Shown here: positions 12,458 through 24,355 of the stretch, piece after piece
How the letters are laid out: the number at the start of each line of letters is the position of its first letter
Numbering within the stretch: the first letter of the stretch is position 1
Source: Phoronis australis
Taxonomy: Eukaryota; Animalia; Phoronida
Assembly: GCA_002633005.1 (NCBI GenBank)
Contig: NMRA01000004.1
Span: 1,901,935 to 1,965,934 of the forward strand
Length of the DNA: 64,000 nucleotides
Reading direction: 5' to 3'
Made by a program: the position numbers and the translations under genes
Notes under the pieces: generated by a model
Database searches by the model: none
What the model was told of the DNA's origin: nothing
The model's input: only the letters and a program-made list of their open reading frames with translations

Positions 12458-13020
12458 GAAATGTTGATAGTCAGTACGTAAAACATATATTTTTCAAATT
12501 CCTGATAATCATGGAAATCAATAATTTGAACGATCATTTGCAATCATGTGACCACGTTTTTTCGTAAAAAATTAGGATTTTCCTTGGAGACCACCATAAC
12601 TTCGACAGGTCTCATTTTTTCCTGTTTACTTGGTATATTAGCTACAAAACGGTGGCTGGGATCTTTTTAAGGCCTTAGTACCAGAGAACCCAGCTGTCAA
12701 AAATCAAGAACTTCAACATTTTATGCAAAGTCGAGGTCTTGATTTTTGACAGTCGATATGTCAAGCTCAAAAGCCTTAAAAAATTCTCATACACCGTTTC
12801 GTAGCTAATAGACTAAATCAACAGAGTAAATACGATCCCCTCATAGGAGAAAAAAATGAGGCCTGCGGTGGTCTCCATGGAAAATCATGATTTTTTACAA
12901 AAAAGTGTTGTCACGTCATTGCAAACGTTCGAGCAACACTTTCGTTCACATGATTATAAACTGATCCCTGATTATCAAGGATTCAAAAATATGATTTTAC
13001 ATAATGTCAATCAATATTTC
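12458..13020. mobile_element. Foldback/long-palindrome MITE-like element
   Basis: Imperfect inverted repeat centred near 12725. Arm pairs include tgtcaaaaatcaaga/tcttgatttttgaca, ggagaccacc/ggtggtctcc, tattagctac/gtagctaata and gaaatgttgat/atcaatatttc. Confidence 0.75.
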
Positions 13021-15229
13021 AAGACATCAAAAGAAACGAGGCTCTCAGTAATGAAAATAGGCAGTGACCTTAAAACTTAAGATCACTTTACAAACAACAG
13101 ATTCACAGCAGTGCTCATTTAACAGCTGCCACAAGAAGACAGAATACAGGGGTACTGGGAGGGAATCTTTGGGCTCAATTACACTTTGGCATTTTTGTAC
13201 ACATATGTTAGAATCTTCATCGGCAATTTTGTGAAAAGGTCAACCTCGACACAAAAAATTAAAATTGTGGCTACACTAACTTTTCTGGTCTCATCTGAAA
13301 GCCCATCCTCTCCAGTTTCAGGACCCATAATTGACTGGCCAACAACATTCAAATTTTTGCCTAAATGAACCCATTTTTGGGAGTCACTTGACCCTAAGAA
13401 ATAGCTCAATTTTCAGGTGTGTTGCTAATTATTGTCATAAAAAGCTAATAATGGGACTTTCAAATTAGAGCAATCACATGATCCCCAAACTTTGTAAAAA
13501 ATAACATTTCAACTTTGGCACATCAGGGACCTCTTGGGGTCAAAGGTCAACCCTGGATATCTCACACCTAAGAAACTTAAAACGATAAAATATTACAAAG
13601 GCAGCTTAAAATTAAATGAAGAAATTTAACTGAATGCACTGATTTCAATTTCAAAAGTACTGTATCTGCAGAAAAAATATAGTTTACATTGTCATCTAGT
13701 TATTCTTAGTAGAATTGAACTTATTAAAATGAGAATAAAAAGCACAATGTTAATTTAATGAATTTATTGTTTAGCTATTGGTACCCCATGTTAGTAAAGA
13801 CATGCTTAGCTTTTGGAAAATTCAAGATGCAAAAATATTCTTCCAAAGAAATCCTAAGGTGCTCTAGCTAGAGCCTACACGCAAATAACAAGAGACCTAA
13901 ATGATTACATGTCAAGATGCTATTGCACTGGAATCAACATGTTATTTCTGCTCTGACCTGCTATGCTGTGTTTTGTGTTGAGAAGGCTGATACCGGGAAT
14001 TTTCAAGCGGTAGGAATCTGTCACCTACTTTAATGAGTATTTTTGTTACACCCTCACTGGCTGTAGGCACTCTTTTTGTGTTTTTCAGTGCATTAGGTAA
14101 TTGGGTGGCTTGTATGAAATTATGTCATAGCAAATGATTACATTGTCTCATCTTACATATTTTTGATCCTTCAATCTTTTTAAGAATTACACTAATATTT
14201 TTTTCTGCTGAGCTTCAAGCAGATTAAACCGCATTTAGAAAGGATAAAGGAAATTGTTGGAGACGAGTGGAAGAACAGATGCAATTGGAGAGGAATAAAT
14301 ATCTGCTGCAATATTCTCTGAAACTCAAACAAATGCCATCGTGGATCAAGAAATTCATAATTATTGTACTTGCGCGTACTGTGATGTGGCATTATTTAAA
14401 GCCTCTCTTTAAATTTGAAAAGAAGGAATGAGTTAAAGAGCTGGATGAAAACCTAATCATTTTAACCACTAAATAAAAACCACCACCTGATAAGTTAGCT
14501 CTACACATTCTTAAATCATAATCTTAAATGCAATTAATTTAAAATATCTTGTTTTCACAATGGAAGACAGCATGGTTGATTTGAATCAAAACATAAATGC
14601 CAAAAGTCGATGATGTCAACTAAACCATGTGCTTCACACTTTGTTTTAAGAAGATACTGAAGTTCTGTTACTAATGCTTTTAAAAGATCACCATTGTTAC
14701 TTACATAGCATGCATCAGAACCATCAATGGCATGGTCCAGAGAATAACTTTATACAAGCTTAGGGCGAGTTCTAATTTAAAAAACAATTAATTAAAAAGG
14801 ATTTTTATGACAGTAATTAGCAATGTTTTAAACTTTATTTCACAACTTATATTTCGACTGTCATAGTTACTTAATAGTTTTGATTTAGTGTTCTATTTAA
14901 CGTTTAGAAACAGATTTTCCTGATAATTAACAGCTATCAAATACAAAATGAGTATCACTCTCATTCCCATTCATAATGCTTACCCTCTTCATGAGGAAGT
15001 GGAGATTTTAGATGATTGTTTTATATCTTTAATCAAATGTAGTGAACATTTTAAATCCTAGAGTATATTCCTAGTATAGCCCTACTTGCGATGATTTTGT
15101 GCAAAAGGTCAATCAGTACATTTTAATAAAAAACATTGAATTAGTACCAAAAGACCAATATAGGTTAAATACTACAAAACAAAAGTTTGAATCATTCTGA
15201 AATGATATCTTAAACACAAAAAAAATTTA

Positions 15230-15460
15230 ATACTCGATATTCAGAGCATACGTCCGTCACATAAGTCCGTCACACTAACTCAACTTAAAGGCAATTTTCT
15301 CAATCAGATTAAAAGATAGGGGAAAAGTTGTATACATGCTTTGAAAGATATCAGTGAGACCTATCAATTGATGTATTAATTATTTTTCAAGAATGAACAT
15401 TTTTTTAACAATTGATCAAAATGTTCTCTGAATGTACGTTCGTTGAATTGCCTTCCTTAT
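15230..15460. repeat. Dispersed repeat, related in inverted orientation to about 20630-21000
   Basis: gtccgtcacactaactca here matches tgagttagtgtgacggac at 20946. gataggggaaaagttgtatacatgctttgaaagatatca matches tgatagcttccaaagcatatacaaacttttctcctatc at about 20685. Confidence 0.6.
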
Positions 15461-17780
15461 TTTACGTATACTTCAAGTCAGTTTTACGGTAACATGAAAA
15501 TAGGTTAAGTGAGGCCTTTTAAGTGCCTCAATTAACTCAGCGACTGTGTTCTAAACATGCAACATGCAAATAACTTATTTGTTAAGTTATTATTTGACAT
15601 GAAAAATATAAAGTAAACAACTTATCAGAAATATCAGCAAAATGTGTTATGCCTTGTCAAGTACCACATGACAATCACGAAATCAAATTCACAAGATCAT
15701 ATGAATTTGCAAGTACCATACAGTCCAGGGACACCTTGTTCTCAATATTGGCACAATTAATCAAAATCTTCTAGAACTTTCAACCATATAATATTTGAAG
15801 AACACAAACGATTCTGTCTAGGTTATGCTTAATTGATTTACAACACCACAAAATCACTATTGGAGTTAAATATAAGAAATGGTTCATGGGCATTACACAT
15901 GCGCCACCTATAGGTCGTGAATGTGAAACATAGTGTATTGGATAAAGCCGATGCAAAGATATCAATTCTATCATTACCGTGCTTCATAATGCAAACAAAT
16001 ATCTTGAAATGAAGCTATCATAAATAAAGCTACATGGAAATTCCTTAATAGATAAAAATGGAAAATTTCAAATCTGACAATTATTTTTCTGTGAAATTGT
16101 ATAGCCAACTAAAGGGTTTTTATGGGAGCACTAAAAAAAATTTTATTGAAGTTGGTAATAAAGCTTCAATTAAAATTAGAATAGTTCCTTGTGAAAATCT
16201 ATAAAAATCTGTTCAGATAATGCATTCATTAATTCTGATTGCCCGTTCTCAAAAAACACCAGAAGTCATTATCAATAAGCTCTCAAGGTCAGGGAATTAA
16301 CAAGTTATTTTTGTTGGAGCTGTAAACTTGAGTAATTAACATCGAATATAATTGTCCTCAAGGCTAGAAATCGGCGACTTCCACAATGACCCATTTGAAG
16401 TCATTGCCTGGTTCTCAGTGACTCAGGGACTACCGAAAACTATACAAGCGACCAAATTGAGGATTTTAGAAAAGCACATCTTCATGCAGTATGGTAAATA
16501 TGATTTACACCCTAAACTGGCCTCTCCTCAGCAACAGATGTAATGCGAGTTGGCTGAAAATACTAAATTTGATCAATAGTCAGTGGTCAACAATTCTGGC
16601 TAGGACCCCGTCCCAAATTCTGTTATGTCCGGCACGGTTATAGAAGGCCATCTTCTTTTAACTGTGACTGCAGAACTAGTGCCGTTTTTCTCAGGGACTG
16701 CACATATTGCAGATTGCTGTGCTGCATCATAAACTTCGGTAAAAGTCAAGAGAACAATTCTCTCTCTTCAATGGATTCAGGAACGTCTCTATATTTATCT
16801 ATGCAGTTACATATCCATGGCCTCATTCTCCCATAATCCTCTGTATATTTTCGCGACTACTGAACTTAAATTTGTTTTAATGGTCAGGTGAAATTATTGT
16901 CTGGCAGCAGCTACTAGTGTTAAATTTGAAAATCTTAACCATAGGTATTTTTAAGTACTGCCAAATTATTGCACAAGAAGTCCATTTATGTTGTAGCACA
17001 AGATAGCGGANAACCCTCCACACCATCAAATATCATCGGTCCACTTCTGCGAATATGGTGCTACACCACTTCACTGACTTCTGGTGCAAGGATAGGGCAA
17101 TACTTGAAACGCTTAAGGTTTTCAAATTTAACGCTAGGTGTCGTCAGACACAACTCCGTCATGAAAGTTTAGTAATCGGAACTTTTTGAGAAAATTTTCT
17201 AAGAATCATGGTGAAATGAAGCAATGAATGTGATCAGTTACTGCATAGATAGAACGGCCTTTTCGAATCGATTGAGGTATCATTCGTCGATCATCATTTA
17301 AACAGGCCATCTCTTGACATGTAAGAGCTTTCTGTTTCAATTATGCCATTTATGTAACACGTGCAGTGGGGGTCTGTTGGTGCACTTATTACCCTATACC
17401 TAATAGCCCAAATATCATAAATCAATCAAGGAATTTACATAGTTGTTCTTTTTGTTGGTTTCTTTTGTTCTACATCAATTAATTGTACCCTAGAGTGCAC
17501 TAAGTCACAATTAAGCCATGAATTGAACAAAGGAAAAGGCTACTTCGTTGACATCAATTAAACAGTTACAACAAAAAATATTTCAGGCAGGTTTTCGGTC
17601 ACTTTCACCAATAAGTATTTTCGATTTTGTACAATACAATATGATTAACTTTATTGCAGGCAATAGTTGTTAATACTAGTATGTTAAAATACAGAAGAAA
17701 AACAGAAGACCATGACAATCATACATAGAACAGTTGATTGTTTTGTAATTTATATTGTATTACACACAACTAATACTCAC

Positions 17781-17941
17781 CATCACGAATTTTCAGCATG
17801 TGCTCAAAGTAATTAGCTCCAAATTCATAGATATTTCCTGGCTGGCTTCGCAACACCTCTCTTGCTAAGCCTTCCAGTATGTTCTGGAACCCTTTTGGGA
17901 CTCTCAGCTTGGTATTTGAAAATGGAACAGACATTCCGACA
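17781..17941 (-). CDS. SPA17: Sp17-like protein, RIIa dimerization/docking (D/D) domain exon
   Basis: Acceptor ttattacag| at 17941, ATG at 17934, donor G|gtgagt at 17781 (phase 1). Encodes MSVPFSNTKLRVPKGFQNILEGLAREVLRSQPGNIYEFGANYFEHMLKIRD, closely matching vertebrate Sp17 MSIPFSNTHYRIPQGFGNLLEGLTREILREQP. Confidence 0.93.
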
Positions 17942-18190
17942 CTGTAATAAACACCAGTAAACAAGAAATGGAGTCTCTCTACTAATCTTAACAAACCAGG
18001 TAAAAACCAATATGGTGTCCTACTGTGGTACACAGGTATATGGTTGCTTGACAACAGAAGACCAACCACCTGCCCTTTGACCTATTTTACTCAACTAGGT
18101 CAACCAGTGAAGCGCATCTACAGCCACGACCACGGACGAACTAAGACAACATTTCAATTAATTGCTTTTGCAGAACAAATATATGCTCAC

Positions 18191-18516
18191 GCAGGCACTA
18201 CTTCTTTTTGAAAAGTTGCTGTGTTGCGCCGCAATTCTTGCACACGGTTGATAGTCCAGTTTACCCCCAGGAGGTCAACTTCATTCACGTCCACTGGCAC
18301 TGGCTCTGCGTTGTCGAGAGTCACTGGCTTGTCGAATGTTGCTAAGTTGTCGAGTCCGTCCCCTGCTTGCTGATCAACGACTTCAACATTTTCAAACCCC
18401 ATCTGATCAACCGCTTCAGGTTCGTTCGTGGTAGGGGGGTTTTCTGCCAATATGTCTGTGTTTACTGGTTCATCGCTCGTCGTAACATATTCGGAATCGG
18501 AACCCAACGAAGACAT
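18191..18516 (-). CDS. Upstream exon encoding an acidic N-terminal extension of the Sp17-like protein
   Basis: Start context aataaaaATG, 108 codons + 2 nt, donor GC|gtgagc. Splicing to 17941 gives GCT-GTC-GGA-ATG, in frame with the canonical Sp17 Met. Confidence 0.6.
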
Positions 18517-18752
18517 TTTTATTTTGAAAAGCTCGTGCAGACGACAATAAAGCCAGGAATATGACGAGTGGATATTTTCGAACTAATCTCTGTCTAAACA
18601 TCTTGGTTGGATTATCTTGGCTTTGCATAGTATTCACTGTTAATTTTATTGCAGTCGAATATGTGCTAAAATGGTTCTGTATTTGCCGGGTTACATTCAC
18701 AAAATACTTATTTTAAACTTTCAGTTGTCTTCGTATTTTTGAAAGATGGCGG
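18517..18752. promoter_or_regulatory. Putative bidirectional promoter region, SPA17-like/ZNHIT2
   Basis: Divergent ATGs at 18516 (-) and 18746 (+), 229 bp apart. A YY1-type AAGATGGCGG overlaps the ZNHIT2 ATG. CpG-richer than the flanks. Confidence 0.55.
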
Positions 18753-18804
18753 ACGGCGAGCGCAGTGGGAACGGAACACTAGAAAAATGTAGCATTTGTG
18801 CGTT
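18746..18804 (+). CDS. ZNHIT2: ZNHIT2 exon 1
   Basis: Starts aagATGGCGG and encodes MADGERSGNGTLEKCSICA(F). Donor TT|gtaagt, phase 2. Supplies the first Cys of the zf-HIT CxxC. Confidence 0.85.
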
Positions 18805-19659
18805 GTAAGTAACTTGTGTTATTATCAAACTGAAAGCACTTTAAAGTTTTAGGCTTCTGTTACCAAAGCGAATAGGTGGCCAGTATCCCTCTTAATTCAC
18901 GAGCGTCCTCATCCAAAAAGTAAATTTTGCTGAAAAGTGAAATTGTCACACATCCAAATTCTAGCCTAGCTAGGGCTAGGTTAGGCAATTACATCGCCCT
19001 GGATACCTCAGCCATACATGGGCGATAGTACATCCCCACGAAAAGTTACACATTTCAAAATACAGCAAATAAAATCGAATGAAACATGCATACACATGGT
19101 CATGGTCATGGAGTTATAATGACCACATGACTCAATCTGAATACAATTTAGTCAACAACTTGAACATATCCATGAAAATCTGTCGCGGTTCGCTTGATTG
19201 AGTTTCTCACCAGGCACCATTTTGTGGAAGTTACGAGAAATCATGCCTGTTAACGAACAAAAAGTCCAAGAGACAAAACTCACAAAGTTCACCTGATATC
19301 TTCCAATGCTATTTTGCAAGTGTTATGTGCTAGATCACGCGCTTTGCTCAGTCTCACTCTAGCCTTTGCCTAACTCACGGGACTCAGTTGAAATATTTTA
19401 TGGTTATCACGCACACGGTGAAAAAGTTAATGGTGACCAAAAAGTGGAGTTGGAATTCTTCTCCAAAGTCACCTTAATTCTAGTAGATATGCTTCATAGA
19501 AGATATGTGTAGAAGCAGAAAGGATCACTGAAGAAAGTAAGCTCACTTTTAAATGGTAGTTTTGAGTGTAGAATGTATTTTTGACTAGGTGAAAACTCAA
19601 AATTGGTGGCCGTATTTGGCCTACTGCATGTTTAATATACATGGAACGAAATGCGTACA

Positions 19660-20185
19660 GAGAGCGATGGGAAGTATTGTAGCCCCCAACTGGCCAACCG
19701 AAGGACTACATGTTGCCTAGATTGTGGGTGAACTGGACAGTAGGCTACCACTGTCTCAACTGGCGGCAATAGAAATGGTGGTCATCCCATTGGCCCTTCA
19801 TATGCCAGAACCCGAGTTACGCCTCGCATCGTTTCAACCATCAAAATCCTGTCACTAAGAGTTAAGTAACTTTTGCCCATTACTAGGACAAAGTCCTGGT
19901 GAGACAGGAGTGAGGCTTTGAATATTTCTCAACTCAAGCAAGTTACTCCTGCCGCTCATGCCAGGGGATTTGACTTTATATCTTTTGGTGTGATAGCAGG
20001 GTAAAAATGACCAGTTGCCGATTTGGGCAACTGTAGTAATAGCCGAGATTACCTTACCTAGGAATCAAATAAGCAACCTGATAAAACTGGCAAGCGTGCT
20101 GAAGAAAATTTCAGTGAATCCAGACTTGAACCAGGTTGCATATGTGAAAGCCGAGCATCTAAACCGTTCAGTCAAGAGGCAATTG
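19660..20185 (-). mobile_element. tRNA-derived SINE-like element (degenerate)
   Basis: The minus strand at about 20185-20110 reads tgactgaacggtttagatgctcggctttcacatatgcaacctggttcaagtctgg, a tRNA-like head with A- and B-box-like motifs. A GC-richer body follows. Boundaries are approximate. Confidence 0.5.
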
Positions 20186-20629
20186 CTGCTTTGCAAGCGA
20201 TTTAGAGAGGCTTTATATGGCTGTACGTCACGCCTGGAAGTCACGTGTCACAACACTCCTCTTCCTTCTACGAATCAAGCATGCCACCTGCCCTATCTGT
20301 TTAGCATCGTCTCTGGTCTGGGTTTCCACTGCAGTTGGTAGAATGTGACTCCGGCCTGCCCAGTCACCAAGAGTCGTTTCAAACCTGTACTAAAATATAG
20401 TGTGACATACATAGTGGTAAGCTGGTAAGATTTAACATTGTTGGCAATTAATGTTTTGAACTGTATTGCAAAGTAAAATCACGCTGGTAATAGAATAGGG
20501 TTTTAATTTAATCTTAATTGTTAACTTAAAGGAAGAACAAAGAACATCAAAAGAGGCCAAAGCTTGTTAGATTTAATGTTTTACTGGGACCAATTCCATT
20601 TCTGATGGACGTAAAATCAGAAAACATTT

Positions 20630-21000
20630 TGACCAATTGTGAAAAGAGTTTTCATCTTAGGAAAATAATTAATTAGATCTAATTGATAGCTTCCAAAGCA
20701 TATACAAACTTTTCTCCTATCTTGTTATGACTGAGGAAATTTCCTATTAAGGGGTGTGATGGACGTACGCAAAGAATTTGAATTTTGAAAAAAAATTAAC
20801 GTTATTTTTCTGTGAGTTGCATTGAGTTAGAATTTTTTGTTTTTTGTTTTATATGATGGTTTAAGTGGAATGTTTGTCAAGTACAAGATACTAATTTTAT
20901 GATGATATCTTCTAAGAAATTTTTGCTCGACAACTCTATGTGAGGTGAGTTAGTGTGACGGACGTACGTGACCCCCAAAAATGAGTCTGTTTTGGAAAAA
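20630..21000. repeat. Dispersed repeat, inverted relative of 15230-15460
   Basis: Shares the gtgtgacggacgtacg and tgatagcttccaaagcatatacaa segments with 15230-15460. Confidence 0.55.
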
Positions 21001-21224
21001 ATTGCCAAAATATGACTTTCACTTCATTCTATGGTGTGTGAAAGTCGCAACTTACGTCCTGAAGTACTAATACACCAATCCACTCAAATTGTGCCCTCAA
21101 TCATGTAACTGATGAAAGATTGAGAATGTGCAAATGTGCTGTCTCCTTCTGTTCTTGGTTTACACACTCAAACACTGACTTGAGTGAAGAAAATCTGGTG
21201 ACCTTGTGAAATCTTGATTTTCAG

Positions 21225-21374
21225 CTGTTTAACTGAGAAGAGCAAGTATACCTGTCCCAGGTGTGGTGTCCAGTACTGTTCACAGGTGTGCTACAAGAGT
21301 GAGAAGCATGGTCAATGCTCTGAGGCATTTTACAAAGACTGTTTCATGGAGGGCTTAAAGAACTATACGGCCAG
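21225..21374 (+). CDS. ZNHIT2: ZNHIT2 exon 2 (zf-HIT zinc finger)
   Basis: ttttcag|C ... AG|gtaaat. Encodes CLTEKSKYTCPRCGVQYCSQVCYKSEKHGQCSEAFYKDCFMEGLKNYTA, the ZNHIT2-type YTCPRC..YCS..CY...H..CSE.FY pattern. Confidence 0.95.
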
Positions 21375-21422
21375 GTAAATCATCGTGTTTAGTGTTAGTG
21401 GTGCAGTAGTTTTCAAAATAAA

Positions 21423-21770
21423 GTACTGTAGACAGACTTGGACAGAACAGCCAAACTTGGTCGAGCTTCTTGCCAGGCTTATCCAAGGCAATTTGATCAA
21501 ACATTTGTCGCAAAAGAATCGATTGTTTAGTTGAACTTTAACTAGAGTTTAATGTGATATTATAGTATCTAGCTACTGATTGCTTATTTATAAATTTATT
21601 TGCAAGTCAGTTTGGTGATTTTGACAAGAGTGCATGGACACCTATTGACAGAGATTTTATCTAGAATTTGCCGGAACTGAAGCATGTTCTAGAGGATATT
21701 CAGAGCTGCGGTTTTGTACATCAAAACTTTGTCGATTTGTAATGACGGTCCGGTTTCTTGAAAGTTACTG
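21423..21770. repeat. Degenerate dispersed repeat; second copy at about 25800-26148
   Basis: Collinear motifs cttggaca, ttgccag, ttgtcgcaaaaga/ttgtcacaataga, agtgcatgga, gagattt, tcaaaact and ttgaaag.tactgt. Confidence 0.45.
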
Positions 21771-22058
21771 TACAGTAATTTGTGATTTTAAATGCTAGTG
21801 TGAAGAAAATTATGTTTAATTTCTGTATGCTTAACAAAGCAAACTGGTCATCACCTGTTCAACAAAATATTTGTAAGCTATGCTCCATTTCAATTTTGTA
21901 GATGTCCGATTTGAATACACCTTATTCACACAATTGTCAAATATTGTGCCATCTACTTTTTAACAGAACTTGCATATTCATCTTGATCTTGCAAAGAAAG
22001 GGAAGCTTCAATTGTAAAACGAATTATCATTTTGCTGTATCAGAACTTCTTGTTTCAG

Positions 22059-22141
22059 TGACGACGAGAAAAAGAGTATGATGGACATGCTGGCTAGACT
22101 TGAAAATATGGATGAACTGGAAGACGTGGAGTCTGATGAGG
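22059..22141 (+). CDS. ZNHIT2: ZNHIT2 exon 3
   Basis: tgtttcag|T ... G|gtattt. Phase 2->1. Encodes (S)DDEKKSMMDMLARLENMDELEDVESDE. Confidence 0.88.
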
Positions 22142-22500
22142 GTATTTGTTTGCAGTTTGAAATGAGTTTCATTATTGCCTGTAGTGTGACGTAATGTGTC
22201 CGCCAATGAAATCCGTAGAGTAGTTCTGGAAACATACTTGTTAACCTCTTGTGAACTATTTTGACTAGACATTCATTTGCTCTGTTGAAATGATGTGGCT
22301 CTTTAAATCTGTTTAATCAATTGGTATTTTTAGCCAAGGTTACCTGGTTGTTAATAGAAGTCATTCCAAGAAAAAGTTGCATGTATATATTTTATGACAG
22401 AATGTAAATTTTGCTCCTAAGGGATGATATAGTTTGTTGACCTTCTTACATCTCTGGTCAGTATTTGTGTGATAACTAGTACCTTTGATTTTGATTGTAG

Positions 22501-22542
22501 GTGACTTGGATTTAGAGGAAAGGTTGTCTGGAATTGATCTTG
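22501..22542 (+). CDS. ZNHIT2: ZNHIT2 exon 4
   Basis: ttgtag|GT ... G|gtaatt. Phase 1->1. Encodes (G)DLDLEERLSGIDL, the conserved L.ERL.G.DL motif. Confidence 0.85.
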
Positions 22543-23243
22543 GTAATTATTGATTGAATCAAAGTTTTGTGAACTGTGTTCAGGCAGGGTCTGATTTGGC
22601 GAGTGGCAGCTCACAAAATGCGACCTTGGAATGCCCATAGCAACTTCAGCCCAAGCTCCCCTTGTCAAACACGTCTTCAACTTTTTAGTAGCGGAACTTG
22701 CTGTGACTTCAAGGCATAAGATTTCTGACCATTTCTGTGCTTTGCAACAATCCGATTGACGGGGTCTTGAACTCTTCTCGCACATTTAGACACTAAAAGA
22801 TAACTTTTTACAATCTCCGGGTTAAAGTTGAATTTCATGTTGTTTAGGTGGCTAAAACACGGAAATCGAATTTTTACTGTCATAAAATTGATCTCGTAAT
22901 ATTCCTTATTGTTACCAACAACCGTATCAAAACTATCAGCGATTGAATAAAATGTTTCAGGGTTTATTGAGGTTGGTCAACTTTAAAATTACGAAGTCGA
23001 AAATGACGCATGTACGCATTGCCTGTGACTTGAGTTGCCAGCTTATTCAGCAGCAATCCAAGACTGGATAAGCGTGAAACTGTTTTTAAACATCCTAGCT
23101 CTTCAGTTAAGAAGTCAACAATGACGGATAAAAACGGGTGAAATATTCCTTTAAGTGAGGTCGCATGGGTTGGTGTGCGCCCAAATGCAATTTTGGGCGA
23201 TTGCTCAGTATTTGTACCCTGCCTTATGCATACTAATGCTGCG

Positions 23244-23450
23244 GAATCCACTTAACTTTACTGAGAGTAGGATTCTTTCACATCTTTACCTTAAGGAGTC
23301 AAGAATTGTATTTGAATCCACTTAACTCTACTGAGAGTAGGATTCTTTCATATCTTTACCTTAAGGAGTCAAGAATTGTATTTGAATCCACTTAACTCTA
23401 CTGAGAGTAGGATTCTTTCATATCTTTACCTTAAGGAGTCAAGAGTTGTA
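23244..23450. repeat. Minisatellite, 70-bp unit x about 3
   Basis: Units of gaatccacttaact(t/c)tactgagagtaggattctttca(c/t)atctttaccttaaggagtcaagaattgtattt start at 23244, 23314 and 23384. Confidence 0.95.
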
Positions 23451-23894
23451 GTTAAATAGACTATCAAATTGAATAGATACTCAATAACTTGGTTTTTTTG
23501 TCCCGTAACGGACAAAACAAATACTGTGGAGTCGCCCTTGTGTAAAGCACCCACCCATGATTGCTTGTGCGCACTAGTACACTGGGTATTATGCTATTAG
23601 GTAAGCTTTAGGTTACTTAGACATTGGCTATTGGATGGTGCATATACTTATTGGAACTTCATGAACATGGGGTTATGGAGGACCTTGTTGCATATTTGAC
23701 AAAATATCTTCAAATTATAGATTTTTTCCTCAGTAAAAATATTTTTTGCAGAAATCGGACAGTCTGTGGAATTTGATTTTTGGCTTTTCACCAATTCCTT
23801 AATTGGGTCACGGGACTATGCCTTTTTAATAAAATTTAGAACAAATAAATGTGCATTGATATTATTTAAACCTGATCAAATTTTATAAGAATAA

Positions 23895-24355
23895 GGCTGT
23901 TAACTATCAGCTGCCATGTTGTTTTTGACGACCTAGGTTTCAGGCTCATCCTGGGCCCTTCGTTTTAGTACTGGCAGAGAATTGCGTGTCACGTGGCCAC
24001 CTGCGGGCAGTACTTGGTTGTTGTCAAACACCACCTGGTGGCTATCACTTGAGAAGAGGCGCTGGTAAATGGCTGGTAATTTGTAGCCACTGTATCTAGC
24101 TTGTTACCCATGATTTCGACTGATTCTCGGATTTTGCGGTTCCAATATTTATTCTCTCTAGACAGTATTTTAACTGTTTGTTTGCAAATATTGTGTGAAG
24201 TATCCACACAGTGTTCTCCTTCGGCTGTAGGGTTGCCAGATGACATGACAACTGCCACGTACCGCCCACAGGTGGCCAGTACAGCAACGAAGGACCCACA
24301 ACGAGCCCGAAAGCTAGGTCCTCAAATACAATCAAGCCGGCGATAGATAACACGT
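23895..24355 (-). mobile_element. 5'-truncated Penelope-like retroelement: GIY-YIG C-terminal remnant flanked by inverted pLTR-like repeats
   Basis: Minus-strand translation GEHCVDTSHNICKQTVKILSRENKYWNRKIRESVEI resembles the Penelope endonuclease C-terminus. 23895-24030 and 24240-24355 are inverted copies of each other, with degenerate hammerhead-like cores. Confidence 0.7.

Noticed and set aside
19211-19220. Minus-strand aaaATGGTGCCTG|gtgag mini first exon (phase 1, compatible with the 6500 exon)
   Set aside because: Only 10 nt and antisense within ZNHIT2 intron 1. Such a match arises easily by chance and needs transcript evidence.
20100-20185. tRNA-like sequence
   Set aside because: No intact cloverleaf or acceptor stem; better explained as a SINE head.
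23244-23450. Regular repeats that might suggest a CRISPR array (also 28759-28952 and 54544-54622)
   Set aside because: The first two are contiguous tandem units without unique spacers and the third has only two units. The context is eukaryotic and there are no cas genes.
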